From Dehalococcoidia bacterium (GTDB taxonomy: Bacteria > Chloroflexota > Dehalococcoidia > Lucifugimonadales > CAJWER01): a DNA stretch of 64,000 nt. The stretch is taken from assembly GCA_965222445.1 (NCBI GenBank), contig CBDCTY010000002.1:255824-319823 (forward strand). Reading direction: 5' to 3'. Below the pieces are notes generated by a model that saw only the letters and a list, made by a program, of their open reading frames with translations, was not told the DNA's origin and did no database searches. Made by a program: the position numbers and the translations under genes. This document shows, in pieces, positions 18,138-28,752 of this stretch (within the stretch, counting starts at the first letter, position 1; each line of letters starts with the position of its first letter).

Positions 18138-18380
18138 CTCGCGACTCGATCGACGCGAAGATCGAGGCGTCCAGAACGAAGCTCTTGAATCTCGGGCTCC
18201 GCAACGTCCATCGGGTCGCCCGGGCGCGCCTGCCGCGCAGGCTGTTGCGGACAGACACAGGGTAGAGGATGACTCGGTGGACCTGGGAGTATGGGCTCGC
18301 GGGTCTAGCGGCTCTGTTGATCGCCTGCGGGGACCAGCCCGCTCCCCGGGATCCCACGGTCAGTCCGACGCCAACGCTGC

Positions 18381-18968
18381 CTACGCCAACCGCACGAGAG
18401 TCCGCCACCCTACAACTGGCCGAGCTGATTTCGTGGTTCCGGGGTAAAGGGCCTCGATGGGCGGCCACCGCTTCGGTCCCAGGTCCCGCGCAAGGTCGCA
18501 GTAGCGAATCGCCCATGTCGCGAACCAGGGCGTATCCGGCTCCGGAACAGGGCTGGACGACAGGCCGCGTACTGCGCCCTTGACCGTCCGGTCCAGGATG
18601 AAGTCGTTGCTGAAGCCGAACGGCCGCAGTATCTCCGACAGCGCGGCGTGGTCGATCATCTCCTGCAGGTCGTTGCCCACCCTCGCCGCATCGGAGCCGG
18701 GCGGTAAGTCGCTGCCGGGCGCCGCCACGGGATAGCTGCGGGCGCGCAGCAGCAGGTGAGCGAGCTCGTGGGCCACATGATAGGCAAGGTCGTCGTCGGG
18801 CAGCCCCACCCAGGCCGGCTCGTCCGGGGCGCTCCTGTCCGCGCCCAAGTCGCCGAAGACGGAGCTGTGGCCCTGTTCGATATGCTCGACGGACGCCGGA
18901 ATCTCCGGCCCGTACTGATCCCAGAAGGCGTCGAAGGGGTCAGTCAGTCTCCTGCCAAGTACTTCCAT
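18381..18968 (-). CDS. Hypothetical HExxH-motif protein
   Basis: 195-aa ORF with HELAH. Family not recognised. Confidence 0.45.
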   Translation of the reverse strand: MEVLGRRLTDPFDAFWDQYGPEIPASVEHIEQGHSSVFGDLGADRSAPDEPAWVGLPDDDLAYHVAHELAHLLLRARSYPVAAPGSDLPPGSDAARVGNDLQEMIDHAALSEILRPFGFSNDFILDRTVKGAVRGLSSSPVPEPDTPWFATWAIRYCDLARDLGPKRWPPIEALYPGTTKSARPVVGWRTLVRLA

Positions 18969-19137
18969 GCGCGTAACTGTTTCCCACCCTCTGCCCCGTT
19001 TCCGGGGTTAATCTTCCCCTCTATGAAGACCTTGGCACAACTCCCTGGAGGCCAGCAACATTGGTCCGGCCGTTGTTGACCGGCGCGCGGCCCTCGGCTA
19101 GAGTCCGGCCCACGCAATCATTTGCCAGGAGGACGCC

Positions 19138-19845
19138 ATGCCGTCACACCAACCTGACGAATCCTTCGATAACGCGATCATCGGGAGCAATGCCCAGATA
19201 GACCCGGACGTGATAGTCGGCTACCGGTACCACGCGGAGTGCGGCCCCGCCAGGATCGGCGACAACTGCATCCTGCACAAGGGGACGGTCATATACGGCG
19301 ACGTGACGATCGGCGACCATTTCCACACCGTCCACTACGCCGTGATACGGGCGATGGTGAAGATCGGCGACTATTGCACCATTCTCAACCACTCGACCAT
19401 CGAGGGCGTGGTCAGGATGGGCAACGGCGTCCGCATAATGTCCAACGTCTACGTCCCGTCGCGGACGTGGTTTGGCGACAACGTGTTCGTGGGGCCGGGT
19501 GTGACGTTCCTGAACGACCGCTACCCGTGCCGGCGCGAGCCGCCGCCCACGCCCCGGGGAGCGACCATACACGACGACGTGATGATCGGCGGCGGATGCA
19601 CGGTCCTTCCCGGCGTGACCATCGGCGAGAGGAGCTTCATCGCGGCGGGTGCTGTGGTGAACAAGGACGTGCCGCCCCGCAGCTTCGTCGTTGGGGTGCC
19701 CGGCCACATATCACCGCTCCCGGACCACCTCGACATGCCCAACAGCCGCCTCATCACGCGGCAGACCAGCGAGTTCTGGAATGCCCAGGCCGACTACGTC
19801 GGCGAGTCCATCTGGCCGGACTACTGGCCCGACAAGTTCGCCTAG
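19138..19845 (+). CDS. Left-handed beta-helix (hexapeptide-repeat) acyl/acetyltransferase
   Basis: Repeated [LIV]-G-x-x-x-x hexapeptides (IGDNCILHKGTVIYGDVTIGDH..., IGGGCTVLPGVTIGERSFIAAGAVV). Confidence 0.75.
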   Translation: MPSHQPDESFDNAIIGSNAQIDPDVIVGYRYHAECGPARIGDNCILHKGTVIYGDVTIGDHFHTVHYAVIRAMVKIGDYCTILNHSTIEGVVRMGNGVRIMSNVYVPSRTWFGDNVFVGPGVTFLNDRYPCRREPPPTPRGATIHDDVMIGGGCTVLPGVTIGERSFIAAGAVVNKDVPPRSFVVGVPGHISPLPDHLDMPNSRLITRQTSEFWNAQADYVGESIWPDYWPDKFA

Positions 19846-19890
19846 AGGGGCGTCGAAAGGCTGAGTTCTAGTCGGACCCGCCAAACGCGG

Positions 19891-21321
19891 CTAGACCTCA
19901 GGCAGCGGGGCGGTGTCGCCGGTGGCGCGCTGCCAGGCGCGGATCCGGCACGCCATATCCCGGACGCGCTCCCTCTGTGAGGGATCGTCGAAGAGGTTCG
20001 TGCTCTCGGTTGGATCGCCGTGGAGGTCGTAGAGCTCCCCCTGGTCGCCCTCTCCCAGGTTCAGCTTCCAGCCGTCGTGGGAGATCAGGATGCGGTGGTC
20101 GACGCCCTGGATGCCCGGAGACTCCTTCGAGTCCCGGCCGGTCCAGTCGATCATCACGTCGTTGCCCTCCAGCGAGGCCTCCTCCTTCAGGACGGGCGCG
20201 CGGCTCTCGCCCTGGATGTGACCGGGGAGGTCGGCCCCCACCAGCTCCAGCAGGGTCGGCACGGTGTCGATGTGGCTGTACCTGCCGGGAATGCGCGTCT
20301 CGCTGTCGGCCAGCCAGGGAACGCGTATGAGCATGGGGACCCTGACCGACTGCTCGTAGAAGACGGCCTTCTGGATGATGTTGTGCTCGCCCATCTGGTC
20401 ACCGTGCTCGCTGCTGTAGACGACGATGGTGTTGTCCGCGACTCCGGCATCCGCCAACGCCCGCATCATTGTTCCCACCGCCCTGTCCACCAGTGTGACC
20501 ATACCCCAGTATCGGGCGATGAGGGCGCGCCAATACTCCTCGCTGGCGGGATCCGCGGAGTCGCCGTCGAAGCCCAAGCCCGCCAGGGACTCCTCCGCTC
20601 TCTGTCGATGAATGAGGGAGGCGTTGGCCGGGGGGTCCTGCATGAAGGCGCCGCCGACGGGGATCGACTGGGGGTCGTACATATCGTTGAAGGGGCCGTC
20701 GTAGGGCGGGTGTGGCTCGAAGATGTTGACGTAGAGGGCGAAGGGGCGGTCCTTGTTCCTGTGGATGAACTCCGAGGCCCGGTTGCCCAGGAAGGTGGCC
20801 TTGGTGAGCTCTTCGGGCAGCGCCGCCGCATATTCGCGGGAGAAGACCATGGAGCCCTCGGACTCCTTGTCCGGCTCGCGTCCCCGCTCCACCAGGAAGT
20901 GGTGATAGTCGCTGAGTACCGACAGGTGCTCGTCGGCGGTGTAGTGCTCGCGGTACTGGTCCTCGATGCTAACCCATTCGTCGAAGCCGTGCTGGCGGAT
21001 GACCTCGTTGCCCAGGTGCCACTTGCCGTAGTAGGCAGTGTGGTACTCCGGGGGCAGCAGGTCGGCGATTGTCTGGACCGATTCGTCCAAGCGGACGTTG
21101 TTCTTCAGGCAGCCGTTGACGTGGGGCCACAGCCCGGTCAGGATCGTCGAGCGCGACGGCGTGCAGATGGGCGAGCTGACGTAGCCGTTCTCGAAGACGA
21201 AGCTGCCGGCCGCCAGGGAGTTGAGGTGGGGGGTCTCGATGAGGTCGTTGCCGTAGCAGGCCATCGTGTCGGCCCGTTGCTGGTCGGTAAAGATGAACAG
21301 GATGTTGGGCTGTCTCGTCAT
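19891..21321 (-). CDS. Sulfatase (formylglycine-dependent arylsulfatase family)
   Basis: PNILFIFTDQQRAD and the C-x-P-x-R active-site motif (SSPICTPSRSTILTG). Start taken at MTRQPN (21321). Confidence 0.85.
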   Translation of the reverse strand: MTRQPNILFIFTDQQRADTMACYGNDLIETPHLNSLAAGSFVFENGYVSSPICTPSRSTILTGLWPHVNGCLKNNVRLDESVQTIADLLPPEYHTAYYGKWHLGNEVIRQHGFDEWVSIEDQYREHYTADEHLSVLSDYHHFLVERGREPDKESEGSMVFSREYAAALPEELTKATFLGNRASEFIHRNKDRPFALYVNIFEPHPPYDGPFNDMYDPQSIPVGGAFMQDPPANASLIHRQRAEESLAGLGFDGDSADPASEEYWRALIARYWGMVTLVDRAVGTMMRALADAGVADNTIVVYSSEHGDQMGEHNIIQKAVFYEQSVRVPMLIRVPWLADSETRIPGRYSHIDTVPTLLELVGADLPGHIQGESRAPVLKEEASLEGNDVMIDWTGRDSKESPGIQGVDHRILISHDGWKLNLGEGDQGELYDLHGDPTESTNLFDDPSQRERVRDMACRIRAWQRATGDTAPLPEV

Positions 21322-21474
21322 TTTGCGCTCTCCCTGAAGGCCCTCAACTTTGCCATGCTGAACCCTTCGGAGATGAATCACGCCCTGCTATTGTCCTCAA
21401 TCGGAGATAAACCCAAGGAGTCCATCAGGTGGGGGTCCCGTCTCTCTAGGCGGGTGAGGGCGAAAGCTTGTGCC

Positions 21475-21945
21475 CTACATCCTGGCGAAGGGGTACGCCT
21501 CGTAGTAGGCCTCCGTGGGCTTCCACAGCCGCACGCTCAAGGGCCAGTCCTGGGCGACGAGGTTGTACTTGGGGTTCTTGTGTGGGTCGGGTATCAGCAG
21601 GAGGAATATGTGCCCGAAGATCGCCAAGACCACACCGGGGAGCGCCAGGATAGGACGCGTCCAGGGCCGGTTGAGCCACAGCCAGCTCGACCCGATCAGT
21701 CCCAGCCACACGATGAACCACAGCCCGTGGATGACGATAAGCAGGAGCATCCCCAGCACGACGGCTATGAGTCCGTGACCGATGAACTGCATGAGCTGGT
21801 CCACGGGCTTCAGCACCCACGACAGCGCCCGCGTCACCCTCATGATCAACACCCTCACGAACGACGTCAGGAAGTCGACAGGGCTGTGCTCTCGCGCGAA
21901 GCTGATGCGCGTGTCGAAGTCGTCTATGTCCCAGAGCCAACTCAC
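21475..21945 (-). CDS. Hypothetical integral membrane protein
   Basis: 156-aa ORF with 3-4 hydrophobic helices (LIAVVLGMLLLIVIHGLWFIVWLGLIG..., ILALPGVVLAIFGHIFLLLI). Confidence 0.5.
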   Translation of the reverse strand: MSWLWDIDDFDTRISFAREHSPVDFLTSFVRVLIMRVTRALSWVLKPVDQLMQFIGHGLIAVVLGMLLLIVIHGLWFIVWLGLIGSSWLWLNRPWTRPILALPGVVLAIFGHIFLLLIPDPHKNPKYNLVAQDWPLSVRLWKPTEAYYEAYPFARM

Positions 21946-22072
21946 GCGGCAGTTCCTCCCTGCGCCATCCGCGAATACCCGGCAATTCTAACACGCCCTC
22001 CCAGAGGCTGGTACGGGCGTGAGCGCGCGGCGGTTCCGATACAATGGCCAGGCGCCTGTACAGGAGAAGCCA

Positions 22073-22705
22073 ATGCTAACCCTAGTGCCCCAGGAGATCG
22101 AAGAGTACGCCGTGCAGCACACCACGCCGCTGCCGCCCCACCTCGCAGAGCTCGCCAGGTACACTGCCGGGAGGGAGGACGGGATGATGCTCTCCGGCCC
22201 GATGGAGGGCAGCCTGCTCCAGATGCTCGTCTGGGCCCTGGGCGCCCGCCGCGTGCTTGAGGTCGGCTGCTTCACAGGCTTCAGCGCACAGATGATGGCC
22301 GCCGCTCTCCCGGACGAAGGGCGGCTCGTGACCTGCGAGATCGACCCCGACAACGCAAGCGTCGCCCGCAAATACTTCGACAGGGGACCCGACGGCCACA
22401 AGATCGAGATACGCCTCGGGCCGGCCCTCGAGACCATGCAGTCGCTAGACGGCCCCTTCGACCTAGTCTTCATCGACGCCGACAAGACGCCCTACATCGA
22501 CTACTACGAGAAGGCGATGGACCTCCTCGCCGACCGCGGCATCATCGCCGTAGACAACGTGCTCTGGAGCGGCCGCGTCCTCGAACCCGAGTCGGAGTCC
22601 GACAGGGCTCTCGCCGCCTTCAACGACCACGTGGCCGGCGACCCCAGGGTGCGCCAGGTCATCCTGACCATCCGCGACGGCCTCATGCTGATCCGCAAGG
22701 CCTAG
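22073..22705 (+). CDS. Class I SAM-dependent O-methyltransferase (caffeoyl-CoA OMT-like)
   Basis: VLEVGCFTGFSA (SAM motif I) and FDLVFIDADK. Start taken at MLTLVPQE. Confidence 0.8.
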   Translation: MLTLVPQEIEEYAVQHTTPLPPHLAELARYTAGREDGMMLSGPMEGSLLQMLVWALGARRVLEVGCFTGFSAQMMAAALPDEGRLVTCEIDPDNASVARKYFDRGPDGHKIEIRLGPALETMQSLDGPFDLVFIDADKTPYIDYYEKAMDLLADRGIIAVDNVLWSGRVLEPESESDRALAAFNDHVAGDPRVRQVILTIRDGLMLIRKA

Positions 22706-22851
22706 CGTCCCGGCGCACTCATACCTGCTAAAATGGCGCCCACTCGCGCGGAAGGGGGGAAGCCGGGCTACCTCCTTGCCGAGTTCAGGTCTGTTGGAAC
22801 AGCCGGCGAATAGTACCCAACTACCGTGATGAAGGGCCCGGAGTAGACACT

Positions 22852-25800
22852 GTGCCTCACCGGCCTAACTGGTACAAGGATCATCCTGCCGCCTGTACTT
22901 GCGTGAGCTGCCGGGGTGGCCGGGAGCGCCCTTCATTCATGGAGCGGCTTCGCAGGCGGGGGAAGAAGAACGGCAGCAGAGCACGACCTCAGCGCGACTC
23001 GCCTCTTCGAGGGAAGGGCTCGGCGGCTTTCCGCAAGGGGCTCATGGACGCCCTGGGCGTCACCGACTTCGACGACGGGTCGTCCCAGATCCCGGCCGGG
23101 CGAAGCGGCAGTCCACATGGAACGTCGCCTGGGCCGAAGAAAGATTCGTTGCGGACCCCGGCCAGAGAAAGCAACCGCATGGCACGAGCCTCGTCTGGGC
23201 CGGGCAAGGTTCATTCGCAAACCCCGTCCAGGCCAAGCGCCCGCACCACTCCAACATCGCCTCAAACGGGCAAGGGTTCGTCGCAACTTCCCTCCGGGCC
23301 AAGCAGTCGAGTACCACGAACTTCCTCAGGAACGGGAGGAACGGACTGGGGCTGGTTCAAGAGAACCGCCATACTGACGATACTGCTCCTGGCAGTCGGC
23401 GGCGCTTTCGCGGTCACTACCGGCAACGCGACGGCCTGCAGCCAGCCGCCCCCGGCCGAACCCACACCGGACATAGATGCGACCGTGCAGGCCGCCATCG
23501 CTGCCGCAATACCTACAGAAACGCCGGCGCCCACGCCTGATGCCCAAGCGACTATCCAAGCCGGAGTTCAGGCTACGATGGAGGCCCTGGCTCTTACACC
23601 AACTAGTACAGCCACGCCTACCGTCACACCCACTCCCACGCCGACTATCACGAGGACGCCGACGGCAACTCCGACTCCTACACCAGTGCCCACGAGTACA
23701 CCGACGGAAACTCCGACTCCTACGCCAGTCCCCACGAGGACGCCGACGGGAACTCCGACTCCTACGCCGGTCCCAACAAGTACGCCGACGGCAGCTCCCA
23801 CCCCCACAGCGGTCCCCACGAGTACACCTGAGCCCGCGGAGCCTCCGACTGCGACACTGACGCCGACGCTCACTCCGACGAGCACGAGCACGCCCACACC
23901 CACACCCACACCCACCAACACGCCTACGCCCACCAGCACTCCGATCGTCAAGTTCGGTCCCGCGAGTGGATCGCTCGATCATGGTATTAGCGACGAGGGC
24001 ATTCCATCCTTCGATAGCAATACGCACGTTGCCGACTTCGTGACTGAGGCAACCTTCACTGCTCCCCACAACATAACCAGGAGGAGTTGGAGTAGCGGCT
24101 TCATGCTGCGGAGAGCGGGCGCGGGCAAAGCCCACGCAATCTTGATTCACAAGTCCGGGGAGTGGAGTCACTACCTGGGTAGCGGCGACTCCGAAGACGC
24201 CTCCCTTATCGCCATGGGCCCATCTCAGAACATCAGGACAGGTCGGGAGGCACAGAACCATGTCCGCGTGATGGCGGAGGGCAGTATAGGGTGGCTCTTC
24301 ATCAACGGCGCTTACGAGTCCGAACTGGACCTCAGGGGCCTCGTCGAGCCCGGGTCCGTCAGTTTGTTAGGGGCCTGGCTGACCGGAGAGGAGGTCCCGG
24401 GCCTCACGGTAGCCTTCTCTGACTTCACCGTCCAGCCACTGGGAAAGAGATACGGCCCAGAGATGGGCACAATCGAGCATAACCCAGGCGATGAACACAT
24501 CGACACGCATCCCACATCGGTATGGCTGGCGGACGGCATCATCGAGGCCCTCTTCTTCAACCCATACTCCGCGAGTGAAGGGGACTGGACAAGCGGCTTC
24601 CTGATTCGGATTGGCTCGGCCGATGAGCACCACGCCATATTCGTCAACGACAGCGGAGGGTGGCACCACTACCTGCGCGCCGGCGGTGTCGATTCCAGTC
24701 TGGCAGAGGGGTCCTCGGAGCACATATCCACCAGCCCGTCGGGCAGTAATCACATCCGCATCATTGCCCTCGGTGAGGAGGGGTGGCTGTTCGTGAACGG
24801 GGCGCCTGTGAGCACCCTTGACCTAAGCGGACTGGTTGGTTCCGGGAACGTGGCGGGCGTGGGCGCATACTTTTCGAGCCACGCTCTCGCCGGGAAGTTC
24901 ACGAGTTTCGAGGACTTCACGATATGGTCTGTTGGGACCGTGACCGCGTCCCCTCCCGCGAGTACGCCCACTCCTCTCCCAGCCACACCAACCAGCACAC
25001 CTGCAATCCCGCCAACAGCCACCCCAGTACCCATTGCCACGCCTACGCCCACACCTACCCCGGCGTCCGTTGCCACGCTCACGCCCACGCCTACACCCAC
25101 CCCGGCGTCCATTGCCACACCGACGTCCACGCCTACCCCGGCGTCGATTGCCACGCCTACGCCCTCACCCACCCCGGTGTCCATTGCCACGCCCACGTCC
25201 ACGCCTACTCCCGAAGCCACGAATACTCCGATCGCAACCGCGACTCCCGTCCCGACAACGACGGCATCGACTTCCACCCAAGCTGCCGCGCCCCCGCCTC
25301 ATCTGAAACACCTGGAAGAGAAGCAGCTCATGCTGACGCTCATCAACGCCGAGCGGGAGAAGGCCGGTGTCGGTCCCGTTGTGCTGGGAACCAACAATGC
25401 TGCCCAGTTGCACGCCGATGCGTCGCTGGAGAACTGCTTCTTTTCCCACTGGGGCATCGACGGATTGAAGCCGTACATGCGGTACAGCTTGGCCGGAGGC
25501 TACCAGTCCAACGGAGAGAATGCGCTTGGCAATCACTACTGCATTACGGCGTTGTCACAGAGTCCGGCTGGCTTCAGATACAGCCCTCTTGAAGGCATCG
25601 AGCAGGAGATTCGACAGGCCATGGAAGCCTGGATGGGTAGCCCCGGCCATCGCCGCAACATCCTGGACAGATGGCACAAGAGAGTCAACATCGGTCTCGC
25701 ATGGGACCGATACAACATCAGGGCCTACCAGCACTTCGAGGGCGATTACATACAATACGAGGAGTCGCCTAGACTAGCTGAAGGAATTCTGTATCTGTCG

Positions 25801-26301
25801 GGCAGCACGAAGAATGGAATCAAGCTAAGTGGGGAGAGACACATACTCATTGCCATTTACTATGATCCTCCGCCACAGCCGCTAACGCGCGGACAGCTTG
25901 GACAAGCAGGTTGCTATGATTCCGGCAAGCCAGTTGCATCTATAAGGTACCCACCAAGGCCTAACAGCTTCTATACGACTGATTCATACGAGAAGGAATC
26001 ACCAAGCAGTTGTCTTGACCCTAACGATGTTCCAGCAGATTGGCCAGTATCACATCCATGGTTAGACGCTCCAAAATACCTTTGGCTTCAGACAATCACT
26101 AGCCTCAGCGTGCCATGGGTTACCGCGTCACTATGGGATATTGGAGGTGACAGGTTCAACATCAGCGCTGACTTAAGCGACGTGCTAGATGAGCATGGCC
26201 CGGGTGTGTATACAGTGCTTGCATGGGGTAGAATCGGTAGCGAGAATGTGCTTATGTCAACGTATTCGATATTCCACAATCGGGAGGGAGGGGGAGGATA
26301 G
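22852..26301 (+). CDS. 1149-aa membrane-anchored secreted protein: TM, PT-rich linkers, two tandem ConA/LamG-like domains, C-terminal CAP/SCP (PR-1-like) domain
   Basis: GTG start. TM helix [15 protein letters not shown]. Two homologous ~170-aa units (..[24 protein letters not shown]...GWLFINGAY / ..[24 protein letters not shown]...GWLFVNGAP). CAP-domain block ([11 protein letters not shown]...[16 protein letters not shown]). Confidence 0.75.
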   Translation: MPHRPNWYKDHPAACTCVSCRGGRERPSFMERLRRRGKKNGSRARPQRDSPLRGKGSAAFRKGLMDALGVTDFDDGSSQIPAGRSGSPHGTSPGPKKDSLRTPARESNRMARASSGPGKVHSQTPSRPSARTTPTSPQTGKGSSQLPSGPSSRVPRTSSGTGGTDWGWFKRTAILTILLLAVGGAFAVTTGNATACSQPPPAEPTPDIDATVQAAIAAAIPTETPAPTPDAQATIQAGVQATMEALALTPTSTATPTVTPTPTPTITRTPTATPTPTPVPTSTPTETPTPTPVPTRTPTGTPTPTPVPTSTPTAAPTPTAVPTSTPEPAEPPTATLTPTLTPTSTSTPTPTPTPTNTPTPTSTPIVKFGPASGSLDHGISDEGIPSFDSNTHVADFVTEATFTAPHNITRRSWSSGFMLRRAGAGKAHAILIHKSGEWSHYLGSGDSEDASLIAMGPSQNIRTGREAQNHVRVMAEGSIGWLFINGAYESELDLRGLVEPGSVSLLGAWLTGEEVPGLTVAFSDFTVQPLGKRYGPEMGTIEHNPGDEHIDTHPTSVWLADGIIEALFFNPYSASEGDWTSGFLIRIGSADEHHAIFVNDSGGWHHYLRAGGVDSSLAEGSSEHISTSPSGSNHIRIIALGEEGWLFVNGAPVSTLDLSGLVGSGNVAGVGAYFSSHALAGKFTSFEDFTIWSVGTVTASPPASTPTPLPATPTSTPAIPPTATPVPIATPTPTPTPASVATLTPTPTPTPASIATPTSTPTPASIATPTPSPTPVSIATPTSTPTPEATNTPIATATPVPTTTASTSTQAAAPPPHLKHLEEKQLMLTLINAEREKAGVGPVVLGTNNAAQLHADASLENCFFSHWGIDGLKPYMRYSLAGGYQSNGENALGNHYCITALSQSPAGFRYSPLEGIEQEIRQAMEAWMGSPGHRRNILDRWHKRVNIGLAWDRYNIRAYQHFEGDYIQYEESPRLAEGILYLSGSTKNGIKLSGERHILIAIYYDPPPQPLTRGQLGQAGCYDSGKPVASIRYPPRPNSFYTTDSYEKESPSSCLDPNDVPADWPVSHPWLDAPKYLWLQTITSLSVPWVTASLWDIGGDRFNISADLSDVLDEHGPGVYTVLAWGRIGSENVLMSTYSIFHNREGGGG
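23659..23826 (+). repeat. Four tandem 42-bp coding repeats ([13 protein letters not shown] units)
   Basis: CCGACGG.AACTCCGACTCCTAC.CCAGT.CCCACGAG.AC. repeated head to tail inside the 1149-aa ORF. Confidence 0.85.
25059..25210 (+). repeat. Tandem 36-42-bp coding repeats ([12 protein letters not shown] units)
   Basis: CCGGCGTCCATTGCCACACCGACGTCCACGCCTACC-type units, about four copies, inside the second PT linker. Confidence 0.8.
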
Positions 26302-26527
26302 CAGCGGGTAACGTTGCTGCTCCATTGGCTATGTTCGCCAATTTCATTACGGCGCTGGCTCTCTTCGCGAAACCAGTCCCTATCTTCTAGCCCCACGCAT
26401 CAGCCCTTCTAGTGAATGGTGATGGGAGAAATGTTTGGTTGTGTGAGTATCTGAGATAGCCCCGGCAATTCAACCCAACACTGCTTTCCGACGTAAGTGA
26501 TCCTTGAATACCGAATCCTCCAACTAA

Positions 26528-26651
26528 TACCAAGTCACCGTGATGCCGCCGTATATGTGCGGCCAGGGAGTGGGTTCCCGCCCCGTATCGAGTACGGGGC
26601 AGGCTATTCGCGGGAATGACGGCTTTACGGCGCGCTCAAAACGAAATGGTA
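26528..26651 (+). mobile_element. MITE-A, long form (124 bp), alpha hairpin
   Basis: Near-identical to the 1092-1215 copy. Flanked by TAA (26525-26527) and TAA (26652-26654). Confidence 0.9.
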
Positions 26652-26726
26652 TAACGAGGTCTCGAGGCGTCCAGCCACACCCATACCTGCTAGAATGGCG
26701 CCCACTCGCGCGTAAGGGGAAATCGC

Positions 26727-27830
26727 ATGGCTAAACGGTACAGGGCGGCAATCGTCGGGCTCGGCAGAATCGCAACGATGATCGACGACGAGGTGGTGGG
26801 AAACCCCTACCTGCTCCTGCCCATGAGCCACATGGGCAGCTATGAGGCAGTGCAGGAGGTGGACTTCGCGGGAGGCGCGGACCCCTACGAGGAGCAGCGG
26901 GAGGCGTTCAGCCGCAAGCACGGCGTCTCGAACCTCTACTCCGACTACCGGGAGATGCTGGAGACCGAGCGCCCCGACATCGTGTCCATCTGCACGTCCG
27001 CCCGCCCGCGGGCCGATATCGTCACCACCATCGCCGCAATGGACGTGGGCGTGAAGGCGATCTGGGCGGAGAAGCCCCTCTCCATGAGTCTCGAGGAGGC
27101 CGACGACATGGTCGAGGCCTGCCGGGACGCGGGGATCGTCCTCGCCGTGAACTGCGCCCGGCGCTGGGACGCCTGGTACAGCAAGGCGCGGGAGCTCATC
27201 GACGATGGAACGATCGGCGAGGTGATGCAGGTCACCGTGTACCAGGTCGGCAACCTGTCCCACAACTCCCACATGCTCAACCTGGCCCGCTTCCTCGCGG
27301 GCGGCAGCGGGCGGGTCGAGTGGGTATTCGGCGACCTGAACGACGAGACGGCGGCCGGGCCGCACGAGGACGACGACCGGGGCGGCATCTCCTACCTGGC
27401 CTTCGAGAATGGCGTCCGGGCCCTCGTGCGCCAGGACCGGTGGCGGTACTGCGAGGCGGAGGTCGTGGGAACCGAGGGGCGCATCAGGGTGCTCAACGAC
27501 ACCCAGGACATGGAGCTGTGGGTTCGGGACGGCGAGGACGGCCTCTCGCGGCGCCTCTTCCCGCGGCGGCAGAAGATAGAGAGCGCGACAGTCCGCGCCG
27601 TCAGGGACATCATGCACTGCATCGAGACCGGCGACGAGCCGGCCAGCTCCGGCGAGGACGGCCGGCACGACCTGGAGGTGGCCGTCGCGGTCCGCGAGTC
27701 CCACAGGCGGGGCATCAAGGTCGCGCTGCCCATAGAAGACCGTACCCAGCGCATCAACTCATACGAGACCCTGCTCAGCGCCGAGGACCTCCCCAGGGCG
27801 ATCCAGAGACGGATGGCCGCGTCGTCGTGA
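26727..27830 (+). CDS. Gfo/Idh/MocA family oxidoreductase
   Basis: YRAAIVGLGRIA Rossmann N-terminus and IWAEKPLS motif. Confidence 0.8.
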   Translation: MAKRYRAAIVGLGRIATMIDDEVVGNPYLLLPMSHMGSYEAVQEVDFAGGADPYEEQREAFSRKHGVSNLYSDYREMLETERPDIVSICTSARPRADIVTTIAAMDVGVKAIWAEKPLSMSLEEADDMVEACRDAGIVLAVNCARRWDAWYSKARELIDDGTIGEVMQVTVYQVGNLSHNSHMLNLARFLAGGSGRVEWVFGDLNDETAAGPHEDDDRGGISYLAFENGVRALVRQDRWRYCEAEVVGTEGRIRVLNDTQDMELWVRDGEDGLSRRLFPRRQKIESATVRAVRDIMHCIETGDEPASSGEDGRHDLEVAVAVRESHRRGIKVALPIEDRTQRINSYETLLSAEDLPRAIQRRMAASS

Positions 27831-28036
27831 TCGACGCCGCCGCGACCTGGTTCCTCAAGTCCGAGGACGGCCAGCCCCTCGGCCAGATATACCGGAACGC
27901 CGGCGATCCGCCGCTCGCCGAGGGCGTACAGGTCGACGGCATCGGCGTGGTGGTGCGGTTCACGGAGCTCGGCTCCTCGTGCGGGATGCGCCGCTTCGAG
28001 GTGATCGTAAAGGTGGCGGCAGAACCTACGGTATAA
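27827..28036 (+). CDS. Small hypothetical protein (69 aa), GTGA-coupled to upstream gene
   Basis: The GTG at 27827 overlaps the TGA of the oxidoreductase. Reads VIDAAATWFLKSEDGQPLGQIYRNAGDPPLAEGVQVDGIGVVVRFTELG...; no homology recognised. Confidence 0.35.
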   Translation: MIDAAATWFLKSEDGQPLGQIYRNAGDPPLAEGVQVDGIGVVVRFTELGSSCGMRRFEVIVKVAAEPTV

Positions 28037-28075
28037 TCTCATCGACTCAGTGCTCGCTACCTCAGGGAGAGAACG

Positions 28076-28330
28076 ATGAGAGAGTTGACGTTTGTGCTGG
28101 AGGACGAGGAGCTCTATTCGATAATCGAAACTGAGGCGGAGGACTCGGGTCGCACCATCCAGGACATACTCGTCGAAGCCCTGCACCTGTGGCAGGTGGA
28201 GACGGAGATGGATGAGGAAGAGCGCCGAGAGGTTGAAGAGGCCAGTCGAGATTGGGAGAAAAACGGCGGCATGGAAGCCCGCGCCTTTTTCGACAGCCTT
28301 CGTGAGGAGGAGTCGCGCCTCAACAGTTGA
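28076..28330 (+). CDS. Putative antitoxin of a ParE/RelE-type module
   Basis: 84 aa and acidic (EMDEEERREVEEASRDWEKNGG). Its stop overlaps the TTG start of the toxin-like ORF (TTGA). Confidence 0.5.
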   Translation: MRELTFVLEDEELYSIIETEAEDSGRTIQDILVEALHLWQVETEMDEEERREVEEASRDWEKNGGMEARAFFDSLREEESRLNS

Positions 28331-28525
28331 GATACCTTGTCGAGGTATCGCCGGCTGCTCGGAGGGATCTTCGGCGAATCAGCCCTCAATACAGGAGCCG
28401 CGTAGAGACTGCCATTCATCAGCTGGCCCATGACCCGTATCCATACACGACCGCCAAGGTGCGAGGCCGGAGAGATACTGGCGACTTCGACTCGGGCCAC
28501 TCAGAATAATCTACGAAGTGTATAA

Positions 28526-28625
28526 TACCAAATCACCGTGATGCCGCCGTATATATGCGGCCAGGGAGTGGGTTCCCGCCTTCGCGGGAATGACGGCTTT
28601 ACGGCGCGCTCAAAATAAATTGGTA
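28526..28625 (+). mobile_element. MITE-A, short form (100 bp)
   Basis: TACCAAATCACCGTGATGCC...CCCGCCTTCGCGGGAATGACGG...AAATTGGTA. TAA on both sides; shares TAA 28626-28628 with the next copy. Confidence 0.9.
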
Positions 28626-28628
28626 TAA

Positions 28629-28752
28629 TACCAAGTCACCGTGATGCCGCCGTATATGTGCGGCCAGGGAGTGGGTTCCCGCCCCGTATCGAGTACGGGG
28701 GAGGCTCTTCGCGGGAATGACGGTTTTACGGCGCGCTCAAAACGAAATGGTA
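28629..28752 (+). mobile_element. MITE-A, long form (124 bp), alpha hairpin
   Basis: Head-to-tail with the previous copy. Flanked by TAA (28626-28628) and TAA (28753-28755). Confidence 0.9.

Noticed and set aside
18269-18583. ORF with a lipoprotein-like signal (LAALLIACGDQP) and a PT stretch.
   Set aside because: It overlaps the 3' third of the longer minus-strand HExxH ORF and degenerates into Arg/Pro/Gly-rich sequence after ~50 aa. I cannot decide between the two from sequence alone, so I left it unannotated.
23659-25210. Regularly spaced 36-42-bp direct repeats that could superficially resemble a CRISPR-like array.
   Set aside because: They are contiguous with no unique spacers, lie in frame inside a long ORF and encode Pro/Thr linkers. 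They are coding tandem repeats.
26540-26734. Short ORFs repeatedly encoding (V)[33 protein letters not shown] on the + strand, or ...PWPHIYGGITVTWY on the - strand. Examples: 26540-26734, 34800-34991, 46065-46268, 60098-60337, 48019-48252, 3936-region neighbours.
   Set aside because: They are simply translations of the MITE-A/core repeat. Identical nucleotide copies, the hairpin structure and the target duplications argue for a non-coding mobile element, not a gene family.
27392-28186. 264-aa minus-strand ORF covering the oxidoreductase 3' end and the antitoxin 5' end.
   Set aside because: It has no motifs and overlaps two better-supported plus-strand genes.
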